From positions 1 to 15,777 of the forward strand of contig JBKHIT010000082.1 in assembly GCA_046538485.1 (NCBI GenBank): a stretch of 15,777 bases of DNA, given 5' to 3'. The notes beneath the pieces were generated by a model. That model did not search any database, had not been told where the DNA came from, and saw only the letters and a list, made by a program, of their open reading frames with translations. Shown here in pieces: positions 6,566 to 15,442 of the stretch. This DNA comes from Candidatus Brocadiia bacterium (lineage in GTDB: Bacteria > Planctomycetota > Brocadiia > SM23-32). The stretch's first letter is position 1; each line of letters begins with the position of its first letter. A program made the position numbers and the translations under genes.

Positions 6566-9500
6566 CCGCGGATTTTGCCGAGGATGATGAAAGGAAGCCG
6601 GATGGGCAGGAAAATGGTTCGGAAGAATAGCCGCACCCCTGTGACAATCTCTTCCCAATCGAGCAAGACCGGGCTGGCAATGAAGATACTTGAATATGTC
6701 CCGACCAGCACGCCGATTATAAGCGTGAAGGCGAGCCCCTGAAGAACTGTCCCGCCGAGGAAATACAAGACGACCACTGCGACGAGAGTTGTGGCCGATG
6801 TCAGAATGGTTCGGCTCAGGACCTGGTTAATGCTTAAATCGATGGCTTCCCCGCTGAGCTTCCGGTGTCCCGCTTCTATGGTATTCTCGCGGATACGGTC
6901 AAAGACAACAATTGTATCGTTAAGACTGTATCCCAGAATTGTAAGGAAAGCCGCCAGCATTTCCAGGTTAATTTTGATATCGCCAAGCACACCCGTCCAG
7001 TTGGCGAGAGCGATGAGTCCGGCCGTAATCATGACGTCGTGAATCAAGGCGATAACAGCTGCCACGCCGTAACGCACGGCATGGAACCGGACGGCGACGT
7101 AGAATACGATGACGATGGCGGCGCAGATAACGGCCAGCAGGGCACGTCCCTGCATTTCTTCGGCGACCACTGATCCGATTCTGACCGTTTGTCGCACGGG
7201 TTGGGTTTGCTCGAAGGCTTTTTTGATGAGATTTTTTGCGGTCTCCAATTTGTCTGCAGGGAGCATCAACGTAACGTTTTTTGTTTTCACGCCGGCGGCA
7301 AAATTCTCGACGATCATTTCATCGGCTTTTCCTGAAAAACCGGCCTTACCCAGGTAATATTCGACGAGGGGCAAAGTGATCCCTTCCCAATCGGCCCCGA
7401 CTGTTGGCCTGGAGAAACTCACTTCTACCGGAATTTTGCCTTCAGAGTTTTTTTCGGCGGAGGGTTCTTCGAAATCCACTTTGAAGCTTTTCGCCCCCAT
7501 ACCGGAGAATATATCCGCGAATTTAACCTTCACCTGTTTCTTACTGATGTGAAGGGCATACTGGTTCGTCTTGATATCGTCGCCAATTATCTGGATTTCC
7601 GTCAGTCCTTCTTGTTCCGCAAAAGCCCGTAGATCTTCCTCCGTAAAAGCCTTTTCCCCTTCTTCCGGATCAACTTCGAGTTCGCCGGTTACCGACGTCC
7701 CATCGATCTCCAGCACGGGCATCCGGAGCGGTTTATCGGGCATCTGCTTTTTCAAGCTCTCCAGTTTTTCTCTCGAACCGGTGAGCCTGAACTCTTTTGC
7801 GGCATCTTCCTTGTGTTCGATGGTGACCGATGGGAAATCGCGTCGCAAGAAAGTAACCGCAAGGACCTCCCACTGGACCGGCCGGTCGGTGGTAACAGTT
7901 GCCGCAGCCTGCCCCCCCTCTTCGTCCCCGGTTATCTCGCCGACCTCGACTTTACATGGTGTACGTAATAGGTTGGCCCTTCGCAAGACCGCTGCCATTT
8001 GTGACCAAACGACGATGTGATCGGACATAGGGGGGAACCTGTCCAGCACAATTCGGAATCGTTTCCCTTTTGCTCCTCCCGAAGGAACGATAGCGCTGAA
8101 ATCCTGGAGCCGAAGCGGGTTCTCCTCCTCTCTCGCAAGAGCTTCCCGCAGTTCCATCTCCCCCACTTTTTTCGAGAGTTTTTCGACATTAAGCACCGTT
8201 CCCTCCTGGCCCATGCTGAGGCCTTTTTCCTTCAGAAGAGCGGCGTCCTTGAGCTGCTTTCGGACACGCGGCAGGAGTTCTTTTCCGAGCCTTTTGGGGC
8301 CGATTCCTTTGATTCGCACCCGGAATTCGCTGCTTTTTTGTCCGGTTGAGCCCGGGGTTCTAATCGTCTGAACATCTGGATCAGTGAATCCCCCGTCGAG
8401 CAGTTTTTGTCGGATCGTTGCGAGAGTGAAGGGTTTATCAAAAGACAGATGGACGAGTGACCCACCGGTGAAATCAACGTCGAACAAGGCACTGCCACGG
8501 GTAAAAAACCCGACCGTTCCGACCACGAGGACAATTCCGGAAATCACGTACGCGCCCCGTCGCCAGCTTGAGTATGAGGTTTCTGGCTGACCGATGATGG
8601 AAAACATCCGGAATGTTTTCAGCCAGCCTCTGTCAACAAAAGTCTCCAGTGCCAATCGCGTGACGAACAGGGCCGTGAACATGCTCAAGACCATCCCTGC
8701 CGAGAGCGTGATAGCAAAACCGCGCACCGGCCCGGTTCCCACCACGTATAGAATGATGGCTGTCAGGAGCGTGGTTACATTGGCATCGATGATGGTGGTA
8801 TATACTTTATCATATCCGTTTCGCAGCGCGACATAGACGGATTTTCCGGCGGCGGATTCTTCCCGTATTCTCTCGAAAATCAGAACATTGGCATCGACCG
8901 CCATCCCGACCGTGAGCAGGATACCGGCCAGTCCCGGCAGCGTCAGAGCCGCGCCAAGCAGGCCGAGCACGCCGGCCAGAAACACGAGGTTCAGGATCAA
9001 AGCACCGTCTGCGACCGCTCCACAGGCAAGGTAATAAAACCCGATGAACAGCAGTATGAGAAATCCGGCCAATGCAATAGCTCGAAGCCCCTTGACGATA
9101 GAGTCGTGTCCGAGTTCAGGCCCCACTGTGCTTTCCTGAAGCAAAGTGAGGTCAACGGGAAGGCTCCCAGCCCGCAGGACTCTGAGCAACTCCTCCACTT
9201 CTTGCTCGGTGAAATGCCCGCGGATAATACCGCTGGTGCTGATTCGTTCTTCGATAACGGGAGCACTTTTCAAGACGCCATCGAGCACAATTGCCAGGCA
9301 CCAATTCTTATATTTTTCGGTTACCATTGCGAACTTTTTGCTGCCTCTGGTATCAAGCCGAAAACCGATAGCGGGGCGTCCAAGCTGATCGCGGGTGAAA
9401 TCTACCTGCGGCAAGCGTTTGCCGGTGATACGAGCCTCGCGGGTTTCAACAAGATAAAATCGGTTGGATTTGTCATTATCCACCCACATCTTTTTATATC

Positions 9501-10398
9501 CCTGGACGGGTTTGCCTTCCCGGGCGCGCTGATACTCGGTGGTGAATTTTTCCCCCCCGGGAGTCATGGCGAGTTTAAATTCCAGCAGCCCCATTCTCGT
9601 GAGACGGTCTCTCAATCGTTCGACTTCCGCTCGGGTTGCTTTCGGCACCTGGATAAGAACGCGGTTCTGTCCGTAGTTTTGAATTCGATATTCCTTCACA
9701 TTCTGCGGATCGATGCGTTTCCGCAGGATATCAGTTGTTTCCTCGGTGACGTTTTTGATCTTCTCGCCGCCTTTAAGTTCCAGCTCATAGACGAGCTCTG
9801 TTCCGCCAGCTATATCCAGACCGAGTTTGATACGTCCCTCTACATACTCTGTAACCTCTTTAGCGACCGTTTGCGAATCCTTGCCGCCGATAGGCCGCTG
9901 TCCCGTAAAGGCGAGGGGAAGATTCTCTGCACCGGTTATTGTTTCTCTGATTTTTTCCGCAGTCGCAGCTGATCCCTTGAGGACCTGGACAAGAATGTTT
10001 CCCCGGGGGCCTTCTATGCAGAACAGACGTTCGCCATCGGACTGCGAGAGCAAGTTCCGAACGGCTTTCACAATTTGCACCCGGTTCAGCTGTGGTTCCG
10101 TCTGTTCGTTATTTTCTTCTTCCCCGCGTTCCACCTTTTTAAATACGAGTTCTGTTCCCTCGATAGCCGTGCTTTCCTCGGATCGATCACCGAGCGCCAG
10201 GGGCAGGAAACGCGATTCCAGGACGCGGGTTTCGCGTGTTTGTGTTACGGGTTTTTGTTTGGCTTCTTTTGTTTCTTCCTTTTTTTGCTCGATAACCAAC
10301 GAACGCCTGACGGGCACACGCACAGGTGGGTACGCTGCATAGAGGGCCAGCAGAATGAGACCGAGCACAAGCAACCATTTTCCAGAACGATTCGACAT
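6562..10398 (-). CDS. secDF: Protein translocase subunit SecDF fusion, ~1278 aa, with expanded periplasmic regions
   Basis: SecD motifs KLGLDIAGG, LAIVLDG, LRAGSLP, GMAVDANVLIFERIREE; SecF motifs DFTGG, GYSLNDTIVVFDRIREN, GTYSSIFIA. ATG 10398 is preceded by agggag. Confidence 0.95.
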   Translation of the reverse strand: MSNRSGKWLLVLGLILLALYAAYPPVRVPVRRSLVIEQKKEETKEAKQKPVTQTRETRVLESRFLPLALGDRSEESTAIEGTELVFKKVERGEEENNEQTEPQLNRVQIVKAVRNLLSQSDGERLFCIEGPRGNILVQVLKGSAATAEKIRETITGAENLPLAFTGQRPIGGKDSQTVAKEVTEYVEGRIKLGLDIAGGTELVYELELKGGEKIKNVTEETTDILRKRIDPQNVKEYRIQNYGQNRVLIQVPKATRAEVERLRDRLTRMGLLEFKLAMTPGGEKFTTEYQRAREGKPVQGYKKMWVDNDKSNRFYLVETREARITGKRLPQVDFTRDQLGRPAIGFRLDTRGSKKFAMVTEKYKNWCLAIVLDGVLKSAPVIEERISTSGIIRGHFTEQEVEELLRVLRAGSLPVDLTLLQESTVGPELGHDSIVKGLRAIALAGFLILLFIGFYYLACGAVADGALILNLVFLAGVLGLLGAALTLPGLAGILLTVGMAVDANVLIFERIREESAAGKSVYVALRNGYDKVYTTIIDANVTTLLTAIILYVVGTGPVRGFAITLSAGMVLSMFTALFVTRLALETFVDRGWLKTFRMFSIIGQPETSYSSWRRGAYVISGIVLVVGTVGFFTRGSALFDVDFTGGSLVHLSFDKPFTLATIRQKLLDGGFTDPDVQTIRTPGSTGQKSSEFRVRIKGIGPKRLGKELLPRVRKQLKDAALLKEKGLSMGQEGTVLNVEKLSKKVGEMELREALAREEENPLRLQDFSAIVPSGGAKGKRFRIVLDRFPPMSDHIVVWSQMAAVLRRANLLRTPCKVEVGEITGDEEGGQAAATVTTDRPVQWEVLAVTFLRRDFPSVTIEHKEDAAKEFRLTGSREKLESLKKQMPDKPLRMPVLEIDGTSVTGELEVDPEEGEKAFTEEDLRAFAEQEGLTEIQIIGDDIKTNQYALHISKKQVKVKFADIFSGMGAKSFKVDFEEPSAEKNSEGKIPVEVSFSRPTVGADWEGITLPLVEYYLGKAGFSGKADEMIVENFAAGVKTKNVTLMLPADKLETAKNLIKKAFEQTQPVRQTVRIGSVVAEEMQGRALLAVICAAIVIVFYVAVRFHAVRYGVAAVIALIHDVMITAGLIALANWTGVLGDIKINLEMLAAFLTILGYSLNDTIVVFDRIRENTIEAGHRKLSGEAIDLSINQVLSRTILTSATTLVAVVVLYFLGGTVLQGLAFTLIIGVLVGTYSSIFIASPVLLDWEEIVTGVRLFFRTIFLPIRLPFIILGKIRG

Positions 10399-10537
10399 GG
10401 TTAGATTCTTCTCCCTGGTCAGAAGAACACGGGACTTTTCGGTTTGATAAAGTCCTCTTCGGAAGGACAACAGCAAAAGAAAAGCCCGCCTGCGGCAGGC
10501 AGGATTACACCCCGAATTTTATCCCGAAGACTTAAAG

Positions 10538-10566
10538 ATCATATCAGCTCTTCTTCCCGGAATCAA
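10538..10566 (-). promoter_or_regulatory. Putative sigma70 promoter of secDF
   Basis: Minus strand TTGATT-N17-TATGAT with an extended TGn motif. Confidence 0.6.
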
Positions 10567-10580
10567 ACGCCACGCCCTCG

Positions 10581-10609
10581 TTTGGTCTCTGAGAGCAGGA
10601 CGGTATAAT
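10581..10609 (+). promoter_or_regulatory. Putative promoter of the aroD-aroE fusion
   Basis: Perfect TATAAT at 10604-10609, weak -35 (ttggtc); RBS aagggga before ATG 10641. Confidence 0.45.
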
Positions 10610-10640
10610 AGGTTGATCAACATGAATTAAGGGGAAAAAC

Positions 10641-12137
10641 ATGACAGATCTATGCGTGCCGTTGATCGAAGAAACCGCCGAAGGGATGGCGGGTCGCATT
10701 CAAAATCTCCCCCCGAACATTGATATGGTGGAAATCCGGGCCGATTATCTGAAGGTTTCTGGTGAATCATTGCGCGGGGATATCGCCGGCCTGATCCGCA
10801 ACTGCGCTTTACCCGTTATCGTAACAAACCGCCCTGAACGCGAAGGAGGATGTTGGACGGGCCCGGAAAACGATCGGTTGGACCTTTTACGCACGGCAGC
10901 CACTGAAGGCGCCGATTACATCGACATCGAGCTTGACAGCGTCGGTGAACTCGGAGAAATCTCCGGATCCTGCGGTCGCATCGTTTCTTACCATAATTTT
11001 GATGAGACACCAGATGATCTGATGTCTATCCATCAAAAGGCCAGGCGGGCTGGAGCCGATGTCGTTAAGATTGCCGTTCAGGCGCGGAGCATCAAGGATA
11101 CGGGAGCAGTTTTCACCCTGCTGGAAAAGCACGCGCAAGAGACTCCGACAATTGCGCTGAGCATGGGCGAAGAAGGGATTGCGACACGGGTACTTGCGGG
11201 GAAGTTCGGCGGGTTCCTTACCTTCACGAGTTTAAAACGCGGGAAAGAATCGGCTCGGGGGCAGATACCATGCGATGATATGGCCGAGATGTATGGGTTC
11301 CACGAAATCAATCCATCGACGGAAGTCTACGGGGTTGTGGCGAATCCTGTGGCCCATAGCATGAGCCCGGCGATTCACAATGCTGCGTTTCGCAAGCTTG
11401 GGATGGACGCAGTATATCTCCCTTTCAGAGTGGATAACCCCGGGGAATTCCTCGCGATCTATCGGCCGCGCGACCTGCGGGGGCTCAGCGTTACAATCCC
11501 TCACAAACAGACCATGCTCGGCCTGATGGACGAAGTCGACGAATTATCGGAAAGAATCGGAGCTGTCAATACCGTGGACATTCGCGATGGTCGACTTTAC
11601 GGGTCGAACACGGACGTCGCTGCGGCCGTGAATGCTCTGGAGGCAGCTGCCCGAGAAGCAGAGCTTACCCCCCTATCGGAACTGTGCGTTCTCCTGGTGG
11701 GAGCCGGTGGGGCGTCGCGAGCATTGGCGTACGGACTTGTGGGTCGCGTCGGGGAAATCGTAATTGCTAACCGGACGGTACAACGGGCGAAGAACCTTGC
11801 CGCTGAACTGGGTGTACATCATTGCGGTCTGGATGACATGGGGGACTATTCCCCTGATATCATCATCAACGCAACTTCCGTCGGAATGCATCCTGACACG
11901 CAGATCTCCCCCGTCCCTTCTTCGATGCTGCAATCCGGTATGGTTGTTTTCGATGCCGTTTACAATCCCATAAAGACACGTCTTCTTGAGCAGGCCGAGG
12001 AGGCGGGGTGTATTATCGCGTCCGGGTTTGAGTGGTTTGTTTCTCAGGCGGCGGCTCAATTCGAGACGTGGACGGACCGGGATGCTCCACGCGATGTGAT
12101 GGCTCGCGTGGTGAGAGAGCGTCTCTCGGGCAGCTGA
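10641..12137 (+). CDS. aroE: Bifunctional type I 3-dehydroquinate dehydratase / shikimate dehydrogenase (AroD-AroE fusion)
   Basis: N-terminal half: EIRAD, TNRPEREGG, YIDIE, SYHNF, VKIA, SMGEEG. C-terminal half: PVAHSMSP, SVTIPHK, GAVNT, NTD, GAGGASRA, INATSVGM, DAVYNP. Confidence 0.95.
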   Translation: MTDLCVPLIEETAEGMAGRIQNLPPNIDMVEIRADYLKVSGESLRGDIAGLIRNCALPVIVTNRPEREGGCWTGPENDRLDLLRTAATEGADYIDIELDSVGELGEISGSCGRIVSYHNFDETPDDLMSIHQKARRAGADVVKIAVQARSIKDTGAVFTLLEKHAQETPTIALSMGEEGIATRVLAGKFGGFLTFTSLKRGKESARGQIPCDDMAEMYGFHEINPSTEVYGVVANPVAHSMSPAIHNAAFRKLGMDAVYLPFRVDNPGEFLAIYRPRDLRGLSVTIPHKQTMLGLMDEVDELSERIGAVNTVDIRDGRLYGSNTDVAAAVNALEAAAREAELTPLSELCVLLVGAGGASRALAYGLVGRVGEIVIANRTVQRAKNLAAELGVHHCGLDDMGDYSPDIIINATSVGMHPDTQISPVPSSMLQSGMVVFDAVYNPIKTRLLEQAEEAGCIIASGFEWFVSQAAAQFETWTDRDAPRDVMARVVRERLSGS

Positions 12138-12193
12138 ATCGTGGGACCCATTTATATTATGTCGCTTGTTAAGAAATCAACTGCCAAAGCGCC

Positions 12194-12916
12194 CTACTGG
12201 CCCCAGTAAAGTCGCTGGGCGTTGTTCGGCGGCAATCCGGCTTCTGTGATTCGGCGCGCTGCCTGTTCGATATTGTATTCCAGGCGGCGGAGTGTCACTC
12301 TCCGTTCTTCGCTATCGTAAATAGCGTATGAACTGCGCGGATCCAGGTCCCTTGGTTGGCCGACACTCCCGACATTGATGAGTACTTTTTGCCCCTCAGG
12401 AAGCTCAAATTCATTCACGAGAAAGTAATCAGGTGGATCGGAATCCTGGAACACTATGGGTGCATGGGAATGGCCAATTAACGCAAGATTGTTCTCCATC
12501 TGATTAAATGCGATGGTCGCATCATAGAGGGTTTGAATATACGCGAAAGCCTCGGGGTTGCGCGGCGTGCTGTGGACGAGAAGAATATCGTTATATTCCG
12601 TGATCAAGGGCAGACTGTCGAGATAGCTGATTTCCTCCTCGGAGAGGACTTCACGTGTCCATTGCACGGCGTTCATAGCGTCAGCATTGAAATATTCGAG
12701 TGATAGAGCCCCGGACACACCGTAGTCGTGATTCCCGGCAACGACCGCAGCTGCGTTTTCCCTCACAAATTCAAGACACTCGCGCGGTCGGGCGGCGTAC
12801 CCAACGAGATCTCCGACACAGAGGATTTCATCAATCTCCATGTCATGGATATCCGCTTTGACCGTTTCCAGCGCGGTCAGATTGCTATGTATATCGCCAA
12901 TAATCGCGTAGCGCAA
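12194..12916 (-). CDS. Calcineurin-like metallophosphoesterase
   Basis: GDIHSN, VGDLVGY, GNHD, VHST, GHSH, NVGSVGQPRD. TTG 12916 (MRYAII) fits the ggagg RBS spacing best; ATG 12925 is an alternative. Confidence 0.92.
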   Translation of the reverse strand: MRYAIIGDIHSNLTALETVKADIHDMEIDEILCVGDLVGYAARPRECLEFVRENAAAVVAGNHDYGVSGALSLEYFNADAMNAVQWTREVLSEEEISYLDSLPLITEYNDILLVHSTPRNPEAFAYIQTLYDATIAFNQMENNLALIGHSHAPIVFQDSDPPDYFLVNEFELPEGQKVLINVGSVGQPRDLDPRSSYAIYDSEERRVTLRRLEYNIEQAARRITEAGLPPNNAQRLYWGQ

Positions 12917-12945
12917 TGTATTCATTCCTCCCTGCAAGTCGCACC

Positions 12946-12974
12946 ATTTTATTCCCCCGGGCTCATCCTGACAA
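12946..12974 (-). promoter_or_regulatory. Putative sigma70 promoter of the metallophosphoesterase
   Basis: Minus strand TTGTCA-N17-TAAAAT. Confidence 0.6.
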
Positions 12975-13107
12975 GCTCACGCGTTGCTATATCCCGCAAA
13001 TGAAACGAACAGGCTGGCCTGCTGCAGGTAAAAAGCATCCGATTCCCCAGGTCGGTGTAAAGGTTGTAGAACGAAGACGTGCGCATCGCAATTCAGTGCC
13101 TGCATCA

Positions 13108-13135
13108 TTGCAGTTAATCGACTGGTTGTTACAAT
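13108..13135 (+). promoter_or_regulatory. Putative sigma70 promoter of the CooC-like gene
   Basis: TTGCAG-N16-TACAAT with extended -10 TGTTACAAT; RBS ggaga before ATG 13177. Confidence 0.5.
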
Positions 13136-13176
13136 AGAGTCTTGTTCAGAGCGTAATTTTTACGGAGAAACACACA

Positions 13177-13959
13177 ATGGCAAGAACCATTATCGTCACC
13201 GGACGTGGCGGAACCGGCAAAACAACATTTGCAGCGTTGACGAGTCGCTTTCTTCCGTCCCCACGCCTTCTGATCGACGCCGACCCGGATCAGTGTCTCG
13301 GACAGATGGTGGGAGTAGATCTGGCCGACAACGACGTTAACACTGTTTCAGACATACTTTACGAAATTCAGGGTGGCGGTGTTTCCAGCGAACTCAAATC
13401 CCTGCCACTTGCCGAAAAAGTTGATTACCTTCTTAATATATCATGCCTTTATGAAAGCGAGGATTTTGATCTACTGACACTTGGTGTCAAGTGGACAAAG
13501 GGATGTTACTGCGCGCCGAACAACATTCTGCGTGCTATTATTCCTGAGCTTGCGCAAAATTACAACAGCGTTGTACTCGATTCTCCTGCGGGTCTGGAAC
13601 ATCTCAATCGGCGGGTGGCACCGGAAGCCCATGATATATTTGCCATTATGGATCCGTCGGCAAAATCACTCAGGAATGTGCGGAATTGTCGTGATATGGC
13701 TCCTCAGATCGGGTTCAGTTACAGCAATCTCTACACGGTAGCCAACCACAGGTGCCGCGAGCCTCATATTGAGAGGATAAAAGGAGTGAGAGATGCCGAA
13801 TATCTGGGGCGCATAGACGAAGATCCCGCTGTTTTGGAAGCCGATTGGGAGGGTATGTCTCTGCTGGAATTGCCAGCGGAAACTCCTGCCTCTCGTTCGG
13901 TGGCTCAGATCCTCCAGAAAGCCGGATATGAGGTAGATGTTCCGCAGGGTGTTTCTTAA
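13177..13959 (+). CDS. cooC: CooC/AcsF-like nickel-insertion ATPase (MinD/SIMIBI class)
   Basis: P-loop GRGGTGKTT, DADP, metal-binding GCYC, DSPAGLEHLNRR; 260 aa. Confidence 0.8.
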   Translation: MARTIIVTGRGGTGKTTFAALTSRFLPSPRLLIDADPDQCLGQMVGVDLADNDVNTVSDILYEIQGGGVSSELKSLPLAEKVDYLLNISCLYESEDFDLLTLGVKWTKGCYCAPNNILRAIIPELAQNYNSVVLDSPAGLEHLNRRVAPEAHDIFAIMDPSAKSLRNVRNCRDMAPQIGFSYSNLYTVANHRCREPHIERIKGVRDAEYLGRIDEDPAVLEADWEGMSLLELPAETPASRSVAQILQKAGYEVDVPQGVS

Positions 13960-14116
13960 TTGTTCTTCCGTGGTAAGATTTCTCTCCTCGTCAAGATGAG
14001 AGCACGGTATATCACGGCATTGAATTGCCGGGGTAGCCGGTCCCCTGATGCATGGGCTCAGGGGGCGCGGTATATTCGCATGTACTTCACAGAGTCCAAA
14101 TGTTGGGAGCGCAAAT

Positions 14117-15316
14117 ATGGATCTTTCGATTATTGCCAGGAATGCAGAACCATCCGCCACTCTGTCTCTAAATTCGACGGCTAAAGCGATGGTGGCGCGT
14201 GGAGAAGACGTGGCCATGTTCACCGTCGGGGAACCCGATTTTGATACGCCGGACAATATCAAACAGGCCGCTATCCGTGCCATCAACGCCGGATACACGA
14301 ATTATACTCCTGCATCGGGAACACAGGAACTCCGGGAAGCGATTTCGGACAAATTCTTCCAGGATAACGATATCGAGTACTCCCCCGACCAGATCATTGT
14401 GTCCAACGGGGCCAAACAGGCTTTGTATCTCATAATGCGCTGTCTGCTGGACGAAGGGGATGATATCCTCCTGCCGGTCCCCTATTGGGTGAGCTATGCC
14501 GCCCAGGCGGAGTTTTGTCGGGCGCGGCCGGTCCCAATCGATACCACCTCGACGGATGATCTCAAATTAACGCCTGCGCTTTTTGAGAACGCCCTCACCG
14601 AGAATACAAAAGCCATTGTGGTGAATTCGCCCTGCAATCCCAGCGGAGTTGTCTATAGCCGCGAGGAGCTGAAACAAATTGCGCAAGTCGCGGCCGAGAA
14701 CGATCTCTGGATCCTGACGGACGAGATCTACGAGAAACTAATTTATGACGAAGCTGAACACATCAGTATAGCTTCCATGAACAATGATTTTTATTCGCGG
14801 ACAATTACGTTCAATGGTGTCTCAAAGACATACGCAATGACGGGTTGGCGTATCGGCTACGCCGCCGGTCCTGAGGAAGTGATCACAGCCGCGGGTCGGC
14901 TTCAGAGCAATATGTCGAGCGGACCGAACAGCATAGCACAACGCGCGACCATTGAAGCGTTGAGGGGGCCCCGGAGTTCGGTTGTTGACATGCGCAAAGC
15001 TTTCTTCAAACGTCGCGAGATGATCGTGAGTGGGTTGAACGAAATACCCGGTGTTAAATGTGCCATGCCGAGAGGAGCGTTCTACGCTTTCCCGGATTGC
15101 AGCGGTCTCATGGGCGCACGTTACGCGGGGAGAGATGTGAAAAACTCTGTCAGTTTGAGTCAGGCGCTTCTGGAAGAAGCACAATTGGCCGTTGTCCCGG
15201 GGGCTCCTTTCGGGGCGGATAATTACCTTCGTTTCTCGTACGCCGTGGATAGGGAAACCATCGAAAAAGGTCTTGATCGGCTCCGGGGGTTTGTGGAAAT
15301 GCGCGAGAATGGTTGA
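14117..15316 (+). CDS. aspC: PLP-dependent class I/II aminotransferase (aspartate aminotransferase-like)
   Basis: GEPDFDTP, NGAKQAL, NSPCNPSG, DEIY, PLP-lysine motif SKTYAMTGWRIG, GAFY, LRFSYA. RBS gggag before ATG 14117. Confidence 0.9.
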   Translation: MDLSIIARNAEPSATLSLNSTAKAMVARGEDVAMFTVGEPDFDTPDNIKQAAIRAINAGYTNYTPASGTQELREAISDKFFQDNDIEYSPDQIIVSNGAKQALYLIMRCLLDEGDDILLPVPYWVSYAAQAEFCRARPVPIDTTSTDDLKLTPALFENALTENTKAIVVNSPCNPSGVVYSREELKQIAQVAAENDLWILTDEIYEKLIYDEAEHISIASMNNDFYSRTITFNGVSKTYAMTGWRIGYAAGPEEVITAAGRLQSNMSSGPNSIAQRATIEALRGPRSSVVDMRKAFFKRREMIVSGLNEIPGVKCAMPRGAFYAFPDCSGLMGARYAGRDVKNSVSLSQALLEEAQLAVVPGAPFGADNYLRFSYAVDRETIEKGLDRLRGFVEMRENG

Positions 15317-15327
15317 CCGAGCACGAG

Positions 15328-15401
15328 ACAGAGGGCAGAAGACAGAAGTCAGAAGTCAGAGGTCAGAAGACAGATGTCAGAAGTCAGAGATCAGAGGTCA
15401 G
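15328..15401 (+). repeat. Heptamer tandem repeat (NCAGANG, 10 units)
   Basis: acagagg gcagaag acagaag tcagaag tcagagg tcagaag acagatg tcagaag tcagaga tcagagg. 15364-15406 is the reverse complement of 773-815 at 42/43. Confidence 0.95.
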
Positions 15402-15442
15402 CGACGGCGATACGGCGACGGACAACGGACAAACCGCCGTCA

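Noticed and set aside
9106..9972. 288-aa + strand ORF and other ORFs inside secDF
   Set aside because: Antisense or alternate-frame shadows of a well-supported gene.
10399..10476. TTG-initiated extension of SecDF or an arrest leader peptide
   Set aside because: No RBS before 10476, a good RBS before 10398, and no separate uORF with a signal sequence.
14117..15316. LL-diaminopimelate aminotransferase (DapL), suggested by dapB in the window
   Set aside because: Motifs fit AspC-type enzymes, and the gene is about 12 kb from dapB and not co-transcribed.
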